Below are positions 51,864 through 61,272 of a DNA stretch of 64,000 nucleotides, in pieces; the first letter of the stretch is position 1, and every line of letters begins with the position of its first letter. The stretch is taken from the NCBI GenBank assembly GCA_040901675.1, contig JBBDYJ010000006.1, positions 61,288 to 125,287 of the forward strand, written 5' to 3'. Origin of the DNA: Pirellulales bacterium (GTDB lineage: Bacteria > Planctomycetota > Planctomycetia > Pirellulales > JAICIG01). The notes below the pieces were generated by a model. The model ran no database searches, was not told the origin of the DNA, and was given only the letters and a program-made list of their open reading frames with translations. Both the position numbers and the translations under genes were made by a program.

Positions 51864-52067
51864 GGCAGTATTCTATATTCTAGCTGGGCCGTGTGGCCGG
51901 CACCCCATGGAGGGACGTACGCACCTGGAGCCGCGTCCGGAAACTGGTGAACGGCTGCGAACGCGGCGTCGCCGACCTGCAGGAGCTGAAGAATGTCGAT
52001 GGCGGGCTGCGGCGCTTGGATTGCGTCCGATTGACGAAGCCATCAGGCATAGGATACGCGAAAGCTG

Positions 52068-53546
52068 TCAGGCGATGATCTCACGGATCGGCTGGCCGCG
52101 GTCGATCTCGAGCCGCTTGCGGCCGGGCACCTCGAGACTCAAGGGGTCGAGCCCCATCTGCTCGAGCACCGTGGCGTGGACGTCGGTCACGTAATGAGGG
52201 CTGTCCGATGCGTAGAAGCCCAGCTCGTCGGTCGCTCCGTGCGTCACGCCGCCCTTGATCCCGCCACCGGCCAGCCAGGCGCAAAAACCCTGGGGATGGT
52301 GATCGCGGCCCGTCTCCTGCGCCGCCGGCGTGCGGCCGAACTCGGTGCCCCACACCACCAGCGTGTCGGCCAGCATTCCCCGCCGCTTCAGATCCTTGAG
52401 CAGCCCGGCGATGGGTCGGTCGACCTGCGCGGACAGGCTGGTGTGGTTGTCCTTGATGTTCGAGTGGGCGTCCCAGGCGCCGCCACCGCCGCCGCCGTGA
52501 AAGATTTGCACGAAGCGCACGCCCCGCTCGACAAGCCGCCGGGCCGCCAGGCATAGCTGGCCGAACGGCTGCGTGGCCGGTTGATCGAGCCCATACAGCC
52601 GCTGGCTCTCGGCCGTCTCAGTGGCCAGGTCGAGTGTCTCGGGCACGGCGGCCTGCATGCCGAACGCCAACTCGTACGACTTGATGCGGGCCCGCAAGTC
52701 GGCGTCGTCGGGATAATCGATGCCGGCCAGGGTATTCAGCTTGCCCAGCAGGCTGAACTCGGCCGCCTGCTCTTCGGGCAACATGGTTCCGCCCGCGGGC
52801 GTGACAAAGGGGAGCGGATTGTCGCCGCCCACGTTCAACCGCACGCCGGCGTGCTCGGGCCCCAGGTACCCTGCGCCGTGGGTCCACTCGCCGCCGCAGC
52901 AATCGCCGGTCGGCACGCCCAGCACTACATACTCGGGCAGGTTCTGGTTCATTGTGCCCAGGCCGTAACTCACCCAGGAGCCGATCGTGGGAAACGAGCC
53001 CTCGCGTGGGTGCCGGCCGGTGTGCCAGGTCAACTGCGTGCCGTGGTCGTTGTGGATCGTCCAGAGCGAGCGGACCACCGCCAGGTCGTCGGCGCAGGTG
53101 CCCACTTCGCTGAACCAGTCGCCCACTTCGAGGCCGCACTCGCCGTATTTGCGGTAAGGCGTCTGCAGCGGCATCAGCAGCTTGCGCTGGTAGTGCCCCG
53201 GGTTGACACCGACCAGGTTTTTGTTGATTTGTTCCGGATCGAGGAAGTGCTTGTAGGGAGTATCGTCGATCGACTTGCCGGCGTGGACGTTCAGTTCCGG
53301 CTTGGGGTCGAACGTCTCCAGATGGCTGACGCCGCCGCAGAGAAAGATCCAGATGACGCTCTTGGCTTTCGGCGGCAGATGCGGTCCCGACTCCGGACCG
53401 GTTCCGAGGTGCCCGGCCCGCGCCACGCCGTCCTTAAACAGCATCGCCCCCAGCGCCAGGCCCGTGAAGCCCATGCCCGTGTCGACCAGAAACGACCGCC
53501 GGGTCACACCGGCACAACCACCGGGACGTCGAGGACCATCGTTCAT
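52068..53546 (-). CDS. DUF1501 protein
   Basis: Tat signal, AKSVIWIFL.GGVSHLETFDPKP, ARRLVERGVRFVQ, EFGRTP, GRDH. Confidence 0.93.
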   Translation of the reverse strand: MNDGPRRPGGCAGVTRRSFLVDTGMGFTGLALGAMLFKDGVARAGHLGTGPESGPHLPPKAKSVIWIFLCGGVSHLETFDPKPELNVHAGKSIDDTPYKHFLDPEQINKNLVGVNPGHYQRKLLMPLQTPYRKYGECGLEVGDWFSEVGTCADDLAVVRSLWTIHNDHGTQLTWHTGRHPREGSFPTIGSWVSYGLGTMNQNLPEYVVLGVPTGDCCGGEWTHGAGYLGPEHAGVRLNVGGDNPLPFVTPAGGTMLPEEQAAEFSLLGKLNTLAGIDYPDDADLRARIKSYELAFGMQAAVPETLDLATETAESQRLYGLDQPATQPFGQLCLAARRLVERGVRFVQIFHGGGGGGAWDAHSNIKDNHTSLSAQVDRPIAGLLKDLKRRGMLADTLVVWGTEFGRTPAAQETGRDHHPQGFCAWLAGGGIKGGVTHGATDELGFYASDSPHYVTDVHATVLEQMGLDPLSLEVPGRKRLEIDRGQPIREIIA

Positions 53547-53604
53547 CAGAATCGCTCCCGAGCTCTATCGCGTATCAACGTCACTCGCCTGCCCACGCCG
53601 CTTC

Positions 53605-54375
53605 TCATCTTACCGCCCGGGGGCCGGAGGCGGAAGCACCGCGGCGCCGGGGCGGCCCTCCAGGCGGGCCTCGCAGGTTGATGGTCCACGAGGCCAGCAT
53701 GTAGTAGACCGGGAACACCAGGGAGATCCACACCAGCCGCTCGGTCGGCTCGTCCAGAAGGCCGGACGTCGAGCTCACCAGGCGGTAAAGAATCCACACA
53801 ACCAGCAAGGCCCAGGCGGCGGCCGCCAGCGCGGTGAGCCGATTCAAGCGCCCCGGCTGGCTGAGATACAGATAGCGCAGCGGAATAAACGTCAACAGAG
53901 CCAGCGACACCAGCACGACCAGCGCGATCCAGGCCGCGGGCCGGCAGAGGTGCAAATAAAAGGCGACCACGTTCCAGTACGACGGGAAGCCCAGAAAGAA
54001 CCCGTCGTCGGTCTTTGCAGAAGTCTGGCAGAAGCCGTAGGCGCTGGCCAGCAACGGCACCAGCAGCCAACCCGACAGATGGGCCGGCAGCACGCCGGCC
54101 CGCCAAACGAGCAAGAGCGGCAAGGCCGTGTAGTTGAGGAAATCGACGATGTCGTCCAGGCGGCTGCCATCGAAGCCGGGCAGCAGTTGCTTGACCCGTG
54201 CCCGGCGGGCCAGCATGCCGTCGGTGCCGTCGATCAGCGTGGCCAACACCATCCAGACGAAGGCCCAGGCGAAATCGGCGGACCCACCCCGGACAATCAG
54301 TACCGCAATAGCCGCCGCGGCCACCAGCCCCAGGGCGGTATAGAGGTGGACGCACCAGGCGAGCAGGCGAGCCAT
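53605..54375 (-). CDS. pcs: CDP-alcohol phosphatidyltransferase, phosphatidylcholine-synthase-like
   Basis: AWCVHLYTA.G, DGTDGMLARR, LDDIVDFLNY, FLGFPSYWN. Confidence 0.75.
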   Translation of the reverse strand: MARLLAWCVHLYTALGLVAAAAIAVLIVRGGSADFAWAFVWMVLATLIDGTDGMLARRARVKQLLPGFDGSRLDDIVDFLNYTALPLLLVWRAGVLPAHLSGWLLVPLLASAYGFCQTSAKTDDGFFLGFPSYWNVVAFYLHLCRPAAWIALVVLVSLALLTFIPLRYLYLSQPGRLNRLTALAAAAWALLVVWILYRLVSSTSGLLDEPTERLVWISLVFPVYYMLASWTINLRGPPGGPPRRRGASASGPRAVR

Positions 54376-54395
54376 CTAAGTTTTCAGTGTGTCTC

Positions 54396-54554
54396 GTAGC
54401 CGAAGAGCGCCAGAATCCGGGCCGCCGTCCGCTCCACCAGAACTCTGGCGAGTCCTGCTACGTCGAAGTTTACCTCCAGCAGAAGCTGGGGCACGCTAGC
54501 GCTTTGCCCCAGGCACCCCACCCTCTGCGCCAGAACGCTGGCGAGTCCTGCTAC
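54396..54554. repeat. Cluster of REP-like elements (three GTAG-type and one family A)
   Basis: GTAGCCGAAGAGCGCCAGAAT at 54396; CAGAAC(T/G)CTGGCGAGTCCTGCTAC at 54438 and 54531; family A at 54486. Confidence 0.8.
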
Positions 54555-54569
54555 GAGGCCAGCAACTAG

Positions 54570-57497
54570 CTAACGGATGGTGACGAAATCGTTGTGGTTC
54601 AACAGCACGTGGACCAGGTTCTCGCGGGCCCGCAGCGCCGGGTCGCTGGATGGCTTTTGCTCGTCGGGCTTGTCACCGGCGGTCACCAGCCGCTCACCGG
54701 CCGAGGCCAGCAGCCGCGCCTGCTCGTCGAGGAACGCGAGGCAGGTCTGATGCTCCTCGGCCGTGGGCGCTCGCGAGAGCACTTGCTCGAAAGCGGCCGT
54801 GATGAAAGCGGGTGCATCCTGGCACTCGCCGTGCAGGCGGCGGGCCAGCAGGCGCGCCTGCACCAGGGTCAGCTCGCTGTTGGCCAGGGCCAGGGCCTGC
54901 TGGGGGATGATGCTCTCCTTGCGCTCGTAGCACTCCGTGACCGCGGCGCAATCGAACATCTTCAGGAACTCCATCTGCTTCTCTTGGGCATGGCGGAAGT
55001 AGATGCTCCGCCGCTTCACCGACAAGCCCAGCTTGTAATCGATGTCCGCGCCGCCCATGGCCAGGTCGAGCTGGCCGGTCACGTAGAGCACGGCGTCGCG
55101 AACCACCTCGGCCTCCATGCGGCGCGACGGCATTCGCCATAGCCAGCGGTTGTCGGGATCGATTGCCAGGCTCTCCGGCCGCGGCGTCGATGCCATGCGA
55201 TAGGTGGCCGACGTGACGATCAACCGGTGCAGGTATTTCATCGACCAGGGATGCGCTGCCGGATCGGAGGGCTCCATGAACTCGGCCGCCAGCCAATCGA
55301 GCAAGGCCGGATGCGAGGGCCCCTGCCCGTTCTGGCCGAAGTCGAACACGCTGGGCACCAGCGGCCGGCCGAAATGTCGCAGCCAGATGTGATTCACGGC
55401 CACGCGGGCGGTCAACGGATTGCGGCGATCGACGATCCAGCGGGCCAAGGCGCTTCGGCGGCCCGTGCTGGCCGCGGGATGCACGGGTCCGAGCGGCGAG
55501 TACGACTCCGTGGTCTCGGCCCGGGCCGTGTCGGCCGCGTCGCGTTTCTGACGCGCCTCGGCCAGCGCTTTTTCCGCCGCCTCGACGGCCTTCGCCGTCG
55601 GCTCGTCATCCGGCTTGACGGCCGACTTCGCCTGCGCGAGCGTTTGCTCGGCCTCCAGCACGTCGGCCTCGGCCTTGATCAATGCGGCCTCGCGCTCCGC
55701 CTTGGCGGCAGCGCGGGCCAGTTCGGCCGCATTCTCCGCGGGCGGGCTGGCATACTTGGCGTCGTCGGCGGCGATGCGGGCCTTCAGCCCAGCGAGGTTG
55801 GCCTCGGCGGCGGCCAGGTAATTGCCGGCCAGCGCGGCGGCTAGTTGCTCCGGGCTGGGCTGCTGTTCGGGCGGTTGCTGGTCTGCTTGCTGCTCGGCGG
55901 CCGCTGGTTCTTGTCCGGATTGGGTTCCGGGAGGCATCGCACCCGGATCCGGGGAAGCCGCCTCAGACGGTGTAGCTTGTTCGGCGGGAGCTTCGGCCGG
56001 CACGGCTGGATTCTGGGCAGCGGCCGGATCGTCCGCAGGCTGCACGGCAGCCAGGGCCGCGGCGGCCTTACCGGCGGCCTCACGGGCTTTGGCCACTTCG
56101 TCCTCGGCGGCGGCGAGCATCTGGCCGCGCACCAGCGGCGTTGAACCGGGGTAGTAGGCGGCGGGAGGCAAGGGCACCGGCTCGATTTTGAACTCGATGT
56201 CGCCGAGCAACTCCGGCACGCCGGGGGTTAACGGGTTGTCTTTGTCCGGATCGCGGTCATCGCCGCGGAAGAACAAGTAGGTAGGCGCCGCGGGCTCTGC
56301 ATCGAAGACTCGGGGCAGTCCGTCGAGGGCCGTATCGCTCTGGCCGGGCACCCGGTCCAGCCGCACGTTATGCGGTTCGAACACGGCCCGCAGCCGGTAG
56401 TACTCATCCTGGGTGACCGGATCGTACATGTGATCGTGGCAGCGTGCGCAGCCCATGGTCAAGCCAAGAAAAGCCTGGGCGGTGTGCATCACGGTGTCCT
56501 GCATCCAGGTCTCGCGGCTGAGCATCTTGTAGTTGCGGGCCAGGTAACCGGTGGCCCGCAGCGCATCGGGGTCGGCCGGGTGCAGCTCGTCGGCGGCCAG
56601 CATGTCGGAGACCATCCGGTCGTAGCCGCGGTCGCTGTTGAGCGACTCGACGATCCAATCCCGCCACCGCCAGATGTGCGGCTGGCTGTCGCGGATCTGC
56701 TTGCCGTCGGTCCAGCCGGCCCAATCGCTGTAGCGCCAGACGTCCATCCAGTGCCGGCCCCAGCGCTCGCCATAGTGCGGGCTGGCCAGGAGCCGATCGA
56801 CGGCCTTCTCATACGCATCGGGCGAGGCATCGTTCAGAAAGGCGTGCAGCTCGTCGCGCGTGGGCGGCAGGCCGATCAGGTCGAGATACACGCGCCGCAG
56901 CAGCACGGCCCGCGAGGCTTCGGGCCGCGGCTGGAGCGAGCGCACCAGGTGCTGGGCAGCGATGAAGGCATCGACCGGGTTGGTGATCCATTCGTAGCGG
57001 CCGACGTCGGGAACGACGGGGCGCGACACCGTCTTGAAGGGCTCCCAGCGATACTCGCTGGCGGCCAGTGCAAAACGGCGAGCGGCGTCAGCGGAGGCGG
57101 CCAGCTCATCGGCGGTGGGCGTCTTGGCGGCGTTGCCGGGGGCTCCGCCCGCCAGGATCTCCACCTCATTCGGCACGCCGTCGCCATCGGTGTCTTCGGC
57201 GGCCACCAGCTTGAGGCGCGTGGGAATGTCCCAGTCGCGGTCCTGAGCGTCCAACTCTTCGCCCAGCTCGCGCAACCGGTCGCCGAAGACGTTGTGCGGC
57301 GGATACTCCGCGTCGAACGAAGCCGGGTCGTCGACTTGCTCCTTGGTCAGGTGGCAGGTGGTGCAGGCAAACAGCGCCTGCGGCAGGGAATCGCCGTAGT
57401 GGCGTTTCAGGCTCTGCTTATGCGGGGGCCTGGCCCAGAGCGGGCCGCCCGCCAGCAGCAACAGGACAATTGCGGATCCGAGCAGTCGGTATGGCAT
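54570..57497 (-). CDS. DUF1549/DUF1553 (PSCyt2/PSD1) planctomycete cytochrome-like protein
   Basis: CTTCH, LLRRVYLDLIGLPP, YGERWGRHWMD, CARCHDH, NPLTARVAVN, HPALLDWLA. Confidence 0.93.
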   Translation of the reverse strand: MPYRLLGSAIVLLLLAGGPLWARPPHKQSLKRHYGDSLPQALFACTTCHLTKEQVDDPASFDAEYPPHNVFGDRLRELGEELDAQDRDWDIPTRLKLVAAEDTDGDGVPNEVEILAGGAPGNAAKTPTADELAASADAARRFALAASEYRWEPFKTVSRPVVPDVGRYEWITNPVDAFIAAQHLVRSLQPRPEASRAVLLRRVYLDLIGLPPTRDELHAFLNDASPDAYEKAVDRLLASPHYGERWGRHWMDVWRYSDWAGWTDGKQIRDSQPHIWRWRDWIVESLNSDRGYDRMVSDMLAADELHPADPDALRATGYLARNYKMLSRETWMQDTVMHTAQAFLGLTMGCARCHDHMYDPVTQDEYYRLRAVFEPHNVRLDRVPGQSDTALDGLPRVFDAEPAAPTYLFFRGDDRDPDKDNPLTPGVPELLGDIEFKIEPVPLPPAAYYPGSTPLVRGQMLAAAEDEVAKAREAAGKAAAALAAVQPADDPAAAQNPAVPAEAPAEQATPSEAASPDPGAMPPGTQSGQEPAAAEQQADQQPPEQQPSPEQLAAALAGNYLAAAEANLAGLKARIAADDAKYASPPAENAAELARAAAKAEREAALIKAEADVLEAEQTLAQAKSAVKPDDEPTAKAVEAAEKALAEARQKRDAADTARAETTESYSPLGPVHPAASTGRRSALARWIVDRRNPLTARVAVNHIWLRHFGRPLVPSVFDFGQNGQGPSHPALLDWLAAEFMEPSDPAAHPWSMKYLHRLIVTSATYRMASTPRPESLAIDPDNRWLWRMPSRRMEAEVVRDAVLYVTGQLDLAMGGADIDYKLGLSVKRRSIYFRHAQEKQMEFLKMFDCAAVTECYERKESIIPQQALALANSELTLVQARLLARRLHGECQDAPAFITAAFEQVLSRAPTAEEHQTCLAFLDEQARLLASAGERLVTAGDKPDEQKPSSDPALRARENLVHVLLNHNDFVTIR

Positions 57498-57629
57498 GAG
57501 CGGCCCAGCGCGTCGGGGGGTTGCCGCCAGGAGGCAGGTTCGAACACCGTCAGAATACCCGCTAACGCCCGCCGCATCAACCATGGTGGATGGATAGCAC
57601 GGCCAAGCATACCGCGGCCGGGTAGTGTC

Positions 57630-57920
57630 CTAAGAGTGTGTTGCTGGCGGTTCGCAATCATCACCGCCCTGCCACTCAACTAGTCCGCCGATGAAAGTCC
57701 CCAGCACGGCGAAAACCACCATCCAGACTTGAATCTTGCTCGCATCGGCCCCGCCAAGCCACATCAATACTCCGAACAAAAGAGGCATGACGATTCCCCA
57801 GAGAATCGCATGCCGTACAACGCTACCGAGCGTTGCCTTTGGATTTGTCTTCTCAAGAAGGCCCCAAGGGCGCCCGTACCTTAACCAGCGATGGCGACGT
57901 TGGTCATTTTCAGTGTTCAT
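57630..57920 (-). CDS. Small two-TM passenger protein
   Basis: 96 aa; ATGA overlap with the transposase stop; own stop lies inside the left IR. Confidence 0.6.
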   Translation of the reverse strand: MNTENDQRRHRWLRYGRPWGLLEKTNPKATLGSVVRHAILWGIVMPLLFGVLMWLGGADASKIQVWMVVFAVLGTFIGGLVEWQGGDDCEPPATHS

Positions 57921-58935
57921 GTCTTCAGCACCGCCGCGAAAAGCTCGGCAAACGTCCAGACGGGCCCGGCCAGTCCCGCCATCATAGCAGCCGTGGGCCG
58001 ACGCTTCCCGCTCTTGCCCGGCTTCCGGGTCTGCCAGCAGAAATTGTAATAGGCCGCGAACATGGCGAAAGCCGCTTCCAGGTTGGCCAGTTTCTTGGAG
58101 AAGCACAGCGTCAGCCGGTTGAGCCGCTTCAAGAAAACCCGCTGGGTGCCGTTGAGTCGCTCGACATGGCTGCTGCATATCGTCCGCTGCTGGCTGCCCG
58201 CTATCCCACGCATCCCCCGGCGCCGGGTTCCGACCATTTCCGAACGGGGTGTAGATCATCTTGGCGTTGCGGTACTCTTTTCGGATCGTGCCGTATCGCA
58301 CGTAAGGGCCGAAGGCCAGGTCAACGGCCTCCGGGTAGGCCGCGAAGCAATCGGTGCCTGGACGATAGGCCGGTATCCGCCGGGCTCGAAGGCATGGGCA
58401 TCGCTGGAGTGCGGATCGGGGAACCGGAGTCGCTGGCTCACGTCCAGCATGAATCGCCGGGCGTTGTCCGCCGACCGCTTGCCGATGAGGAACTCGGCAT
58501 CAGCTTGGTTTTCTGGTCGATGCACGTCCACAGGTACACGTCGCCTAGATCGTGGGATTCCTGCCGCTCGTTGATCGTGAGCCGCGACTGCTTTTTCGCC
58601 ACGTAGGTCCACTGTTCGTCAAATTGCAGGTGCTCCAGCGTCAGGTTCCGCATGCGGGCGCCCAGGAAGGCCCGGCAGGCCTTGCCGAACAGCACGATGA
58701 GGCGGCAGATCGTGTCCCGGTGCAAGCCCGTGGTCCGCTCGGTGGCGCGAATGGACATGCCCTCGGTCAAGAGCCGCAGGGCCAGCTTGGCGGTTTCGAC
58801 CGGCACGCGCATATCGCCCAGCGGCCTGGGTTGAGTTTCGGTCCATGTCTTGCCGCACAGCTTGCAGCGGAATCGGGGATTCCCGTGGCGGTCGCGGCCG
58901 TGTTTCTTCGTTTCCGCGTGGGCACAAGCTATCAC
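57917..58935 (-). pseudogene. IS1-family transposase with three frameshifts
   Basis: Zinc ribbon (KHG...RFRCKLCGK), HTH (GMSIRATER), QFDEQW, TD.F, SHVERLN..R..KRL.R.T.CFSKK spread over four frames; shifts near 58490, 58355 and 58245. Confidence 0.88.
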
Positions 58936-59059
58936 GACTAGGCTCCCTTTTCGGGGGCCGGTCGCTTAGAATTAGCTTGTTAGAGCAGTCTGGCGACCAG
59001 CCGGATTGTTTCGCCCCCGGCCGTGTTATCAGCACGGCCGGGGTTTCATTACGCTTGTT

Positions 59060-59120
59060 GTTGTACCAACGATATTCAAGCATGACAAGGGGTTGACCGA
59101 AAGATTTTCGTTGGTACACT
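59060..59120. promoter_or_regulatory. Divergent sigma70-like promoters with an 11-bp inverted operator
   Basis: Plus strand TTGACC-16-TACACT (59093-59120); minus strand TTGTCA-17-TACAAC (59088-59060); TGTACCAACGA (59062-59072) / TCGTTGGTACA (59108-59118). Confidence 0.7.
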
Positions 59121-59127
59121 GCCGGGC

Positions 59128-59313
59128 ATGAAGAAGCGCGGACGACCACGCCTTGACCCAAGCGGCCCCCCGGCCGGGTTCCTGACGATCAGGGCCTCGG
59201 ACGGCGAGCGGGAGTCGTACCGGCAGGCGGCAAAGCGGGCCGGGCAACCCTTGTCAGAATGGATCAGGGAGCGGCTCAACAAGGCTGCCAAGCGGGAGGC
59301 CAAGCATGGCTAG
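59128..59313 (+). CDS. Small ribbon-helix-helix-type DNA-binding protein
   Basis: KRGRP hook, LTIRAS strand, ERESYRQAAKRAGQPLSEWIRERL. Confidence 0.8.
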   Translation: MKKRGRPRLDPSGPPAGFLTIRASDGERESYRQAAKRAGQPLSEWIRERLNKAAKREAKHG

Positions 59314-59521
59314 CGGAGAGAGGGGGTTACGATCCCATCCGTGCGGCGGACCCCTACGGCAGGCTATAATGCTGCTGCCCCACCAAGACGCGGGCCGCTC
59401 TCCGGGCACGTTTAGGCCCAGTAGCGGCATATGTACATGCGTCCAGATACTAGTAAAATACCGAAGGGGCTACTCCTCAAATTACGACCCAATCTAGACA
59501 GTTCCCGACCACCCGGGGTTC

Positions 59522-60181
59522 ATGGGCATGATACTCGCGAGCGGCAGCTACATCGGGAAGGGCGCGTACAGTATCGCTGATGCGGCGAGGATCGTGCACG
59601 CCCCGTACACGACAGTTCGTGGGTGGCTAAACCCAGAGCACGGCATCATTCCACGAAGGTTCGGTCGCGAGATTGTCAGCTTCGTGGAATTGATGGAGAT
59701 TCACTTCATTAAGATGTTTATGGATGAGGGAGTCCACCCTCGCACAATCCATGCGGCAGCACAAACGGCCGCGAACCTGTTTAAGACGGACTACCCATTT
59801 GCGGTCAAGCGCTTTGACACGGACGGCAGGGACATCTTTGCAACCCTCGCCAGGCAGGATGGTGGCGCGGAAATGATAGAGGACCTGAAAAGAGGTCAGT
59901 TTGTTTTTAAGACCATCATGCGTCCGTTCTTCAAGAAGCTCGACTACAACCGATCTGAAATCGCCCGGTATTGGCCAATGGGCAAGAGGGGCCGAGTCAC
60001 GCTGGACCCGGACCGGCAGTTTGGCCAGCCAATTGACCACGAAAGCGGCATCCCAACCAAGGCTCTTTATCAGGCCACAAGAGCTGGCAAGGGACAGTCG
60101 TTTCAGCAAGTGGCGCTTTGGTTTGACATTCCAGAGGCGGCGGTGCGTGCGGCGGTTGGGTTTGAGAAATCGCTTGCCTAG
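59522..60181 (+). CDS. Putative antitoxin (HTH plus DUF433-like, VapB45-like)
   Basis: GAYSIADAARIV...VRGW, SFVELME, LDPDRQFGQP...GIPT, VA.WF.I....VRAA. Confidence 0.78.
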   Translation: MGMILASGSYIGKGAYSIADAARIVHAPYTTVRGWLNPEHGIIPRRFGREIVSFVELMEIHFIKMFMDEGVHPRTIHAAAQTAANLFKTDYPFAVKRFDTDGRDIFATLARQDGGAEMIEDLKRGQFVFKTIMRPFFKKLDYNRSEIARYWPMGKRGRVTLDPDRQFGQPIDHESGIPTKALYQATRAGKGQSFQQVALWFDIPEAAVRAAVGFEKSLA

Positions 60182-60564
60182 TGCGATATTTTCTCGACAA
60201 CTGCATTTCATTCCGATACGCGGAGATGCTGCGCGCGCTTCAAGTGGATGTAGTCGCGCTCCGCGAGGAGCTTCCACAGAAGGCCACAGACAGAGAGATA
60301 TTTGAGTATCTTGCTGGTAGCGACCGAATACTTGTTTCTGGAGATCGCCGCCAGGTTACTCGAATGTGCGAGGCTGGCGAACTAAAGGCGGCTGGCATAA
60401 GCGCCATTTATTTCGCTCCATTCTGGAGCAAACTCGGCTTCTGGGGGCAGGCCGCGTGGCTTGTCAGGCGATGGGAAAGAATCGACGATGTGCAGCGTGG
60501 CCTCGCGCGTGGCACTATCGTGGAGATAAAGCAAAACGGCAAGTCTTTGCCAATCGCGATTTAA
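60181..60564 (+). CDS. Putative PIN-like ribonuclease toxin (VapC45-like)
   Basis: YFLDNCI, ATDREI, LVSGD acidic PIN motifs; one-base overlap with the upstream gene. Confidence 0.8.
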   Translation: MRYFLDNCISFRYAEMLRALQVDVVALREELPQKATDREIFEYLAGSDRILVSGDRRQVTRMCEAGELKAAGISAIYFAPFWSKLGFWGQAAWLVRRWERIDDVQRGLARGTIVEIKQNGKSLPIAI

Positions 60565-60667
60565 GGATGCGCCACGCGCCGGATAAAACTGCCGTGCCAA
60601 ACCGCTAGACGGGCCCCTCGGTGGCTGATTCTCTTCCTCGGCCCCGCCCGCCCGTTAAGCTGGACGC

Positions 60668-60916
60668 ATGGCACGACCATTCCAATTCCGGCTGCGGACG
60701 CTGCTGCTGCTGGTGCCGTTGGTGGGTGCAGCGACCCTTTTGGCTCGGCATCTACCGGGACATTTCGTACTCCTGGGCTATGTCGCTATTATCCTGTTCG
60801 CCGCCTGGGCCATGGACGGAATTGCGCCACCTCTCGGATTGCGGATTAGCGTCACGATTGCCCTCTCGCTCGTTGTATTGGCTGCCTGCCTGTTCGCTCT
60901 GTCGCTCTCGCGATGA
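60668..60916 (+). CDS. Small multi-TM passenger protein
   Basis: RPFQFRLRTLLLLV N-terminus followed by hydrophobic helices. Confidence 0.6.
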   Translation: MARPFQFRLRTLLLLVPLVGAATLLARHLPGHFVLLGYVAIILFAAWAMDGIAPPLGLRISVTIALSLVVLAACLFALSLSR

Positions 60917-61272
60917 AGGGGCGAACCATGCCAGCCGATTACAGACCCAAAAGCTGCCGCATGACGAAATCCGACCAGCCCGACGACCACCAGGCGGAGA
61001 ACCCGTACAGGGCGCCGGAGGAAGGGCAAGGCATCACCCAGCCTCAATGGCGGCAGCTGCCGAGCATGGCCCTATACGTATGCGCCTTACTTCCAGGCTT
61101 ACTCGCCATAATGATGGCGTACCACGGGATCCGGTGGATAGACGTATACCGCCGGGCAGGCGGACTCGGACTGCCCGAAGTAGTCATGGCGATTGCCCTT
61201 CTGTTGGGCGCGCTGATTTGCGCTTCCGTTGCGGCTGTCCTGATCTGGATTGCCCGACGCATCAGCCGCTGA
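60913..61272 (+). CDS. Small two-TM passenger protein (start uncertain)
   Basis: ENPYRAP motif followed by two TM helices; ATGA overlap with the upstream gene. Confidence 0.6.
   Translation: MKGRTMPADYRPKSCRMTKSDQPDDHQAENPYRAPEEGQGITQPQWRQLPSMALYVCALLPGLLAIMMAYHGIRWIDVYRRAGGLGLPEVVMAIALLLGALICASVAAVLIWIARRISR

Noticed and set aside
51864..52067. Possible fourth gene or remnant upstream of the DUF488 operon
   Set aside because: Only short ORFs without recognisable motifs or a clear RBS; cannot be supported.
58480..58500. Programmed -1 frameshift of the IS1 type
   Set aside because: There is no slippery A-run here, the position is inside the catalytic domain, and two more shifts follow.
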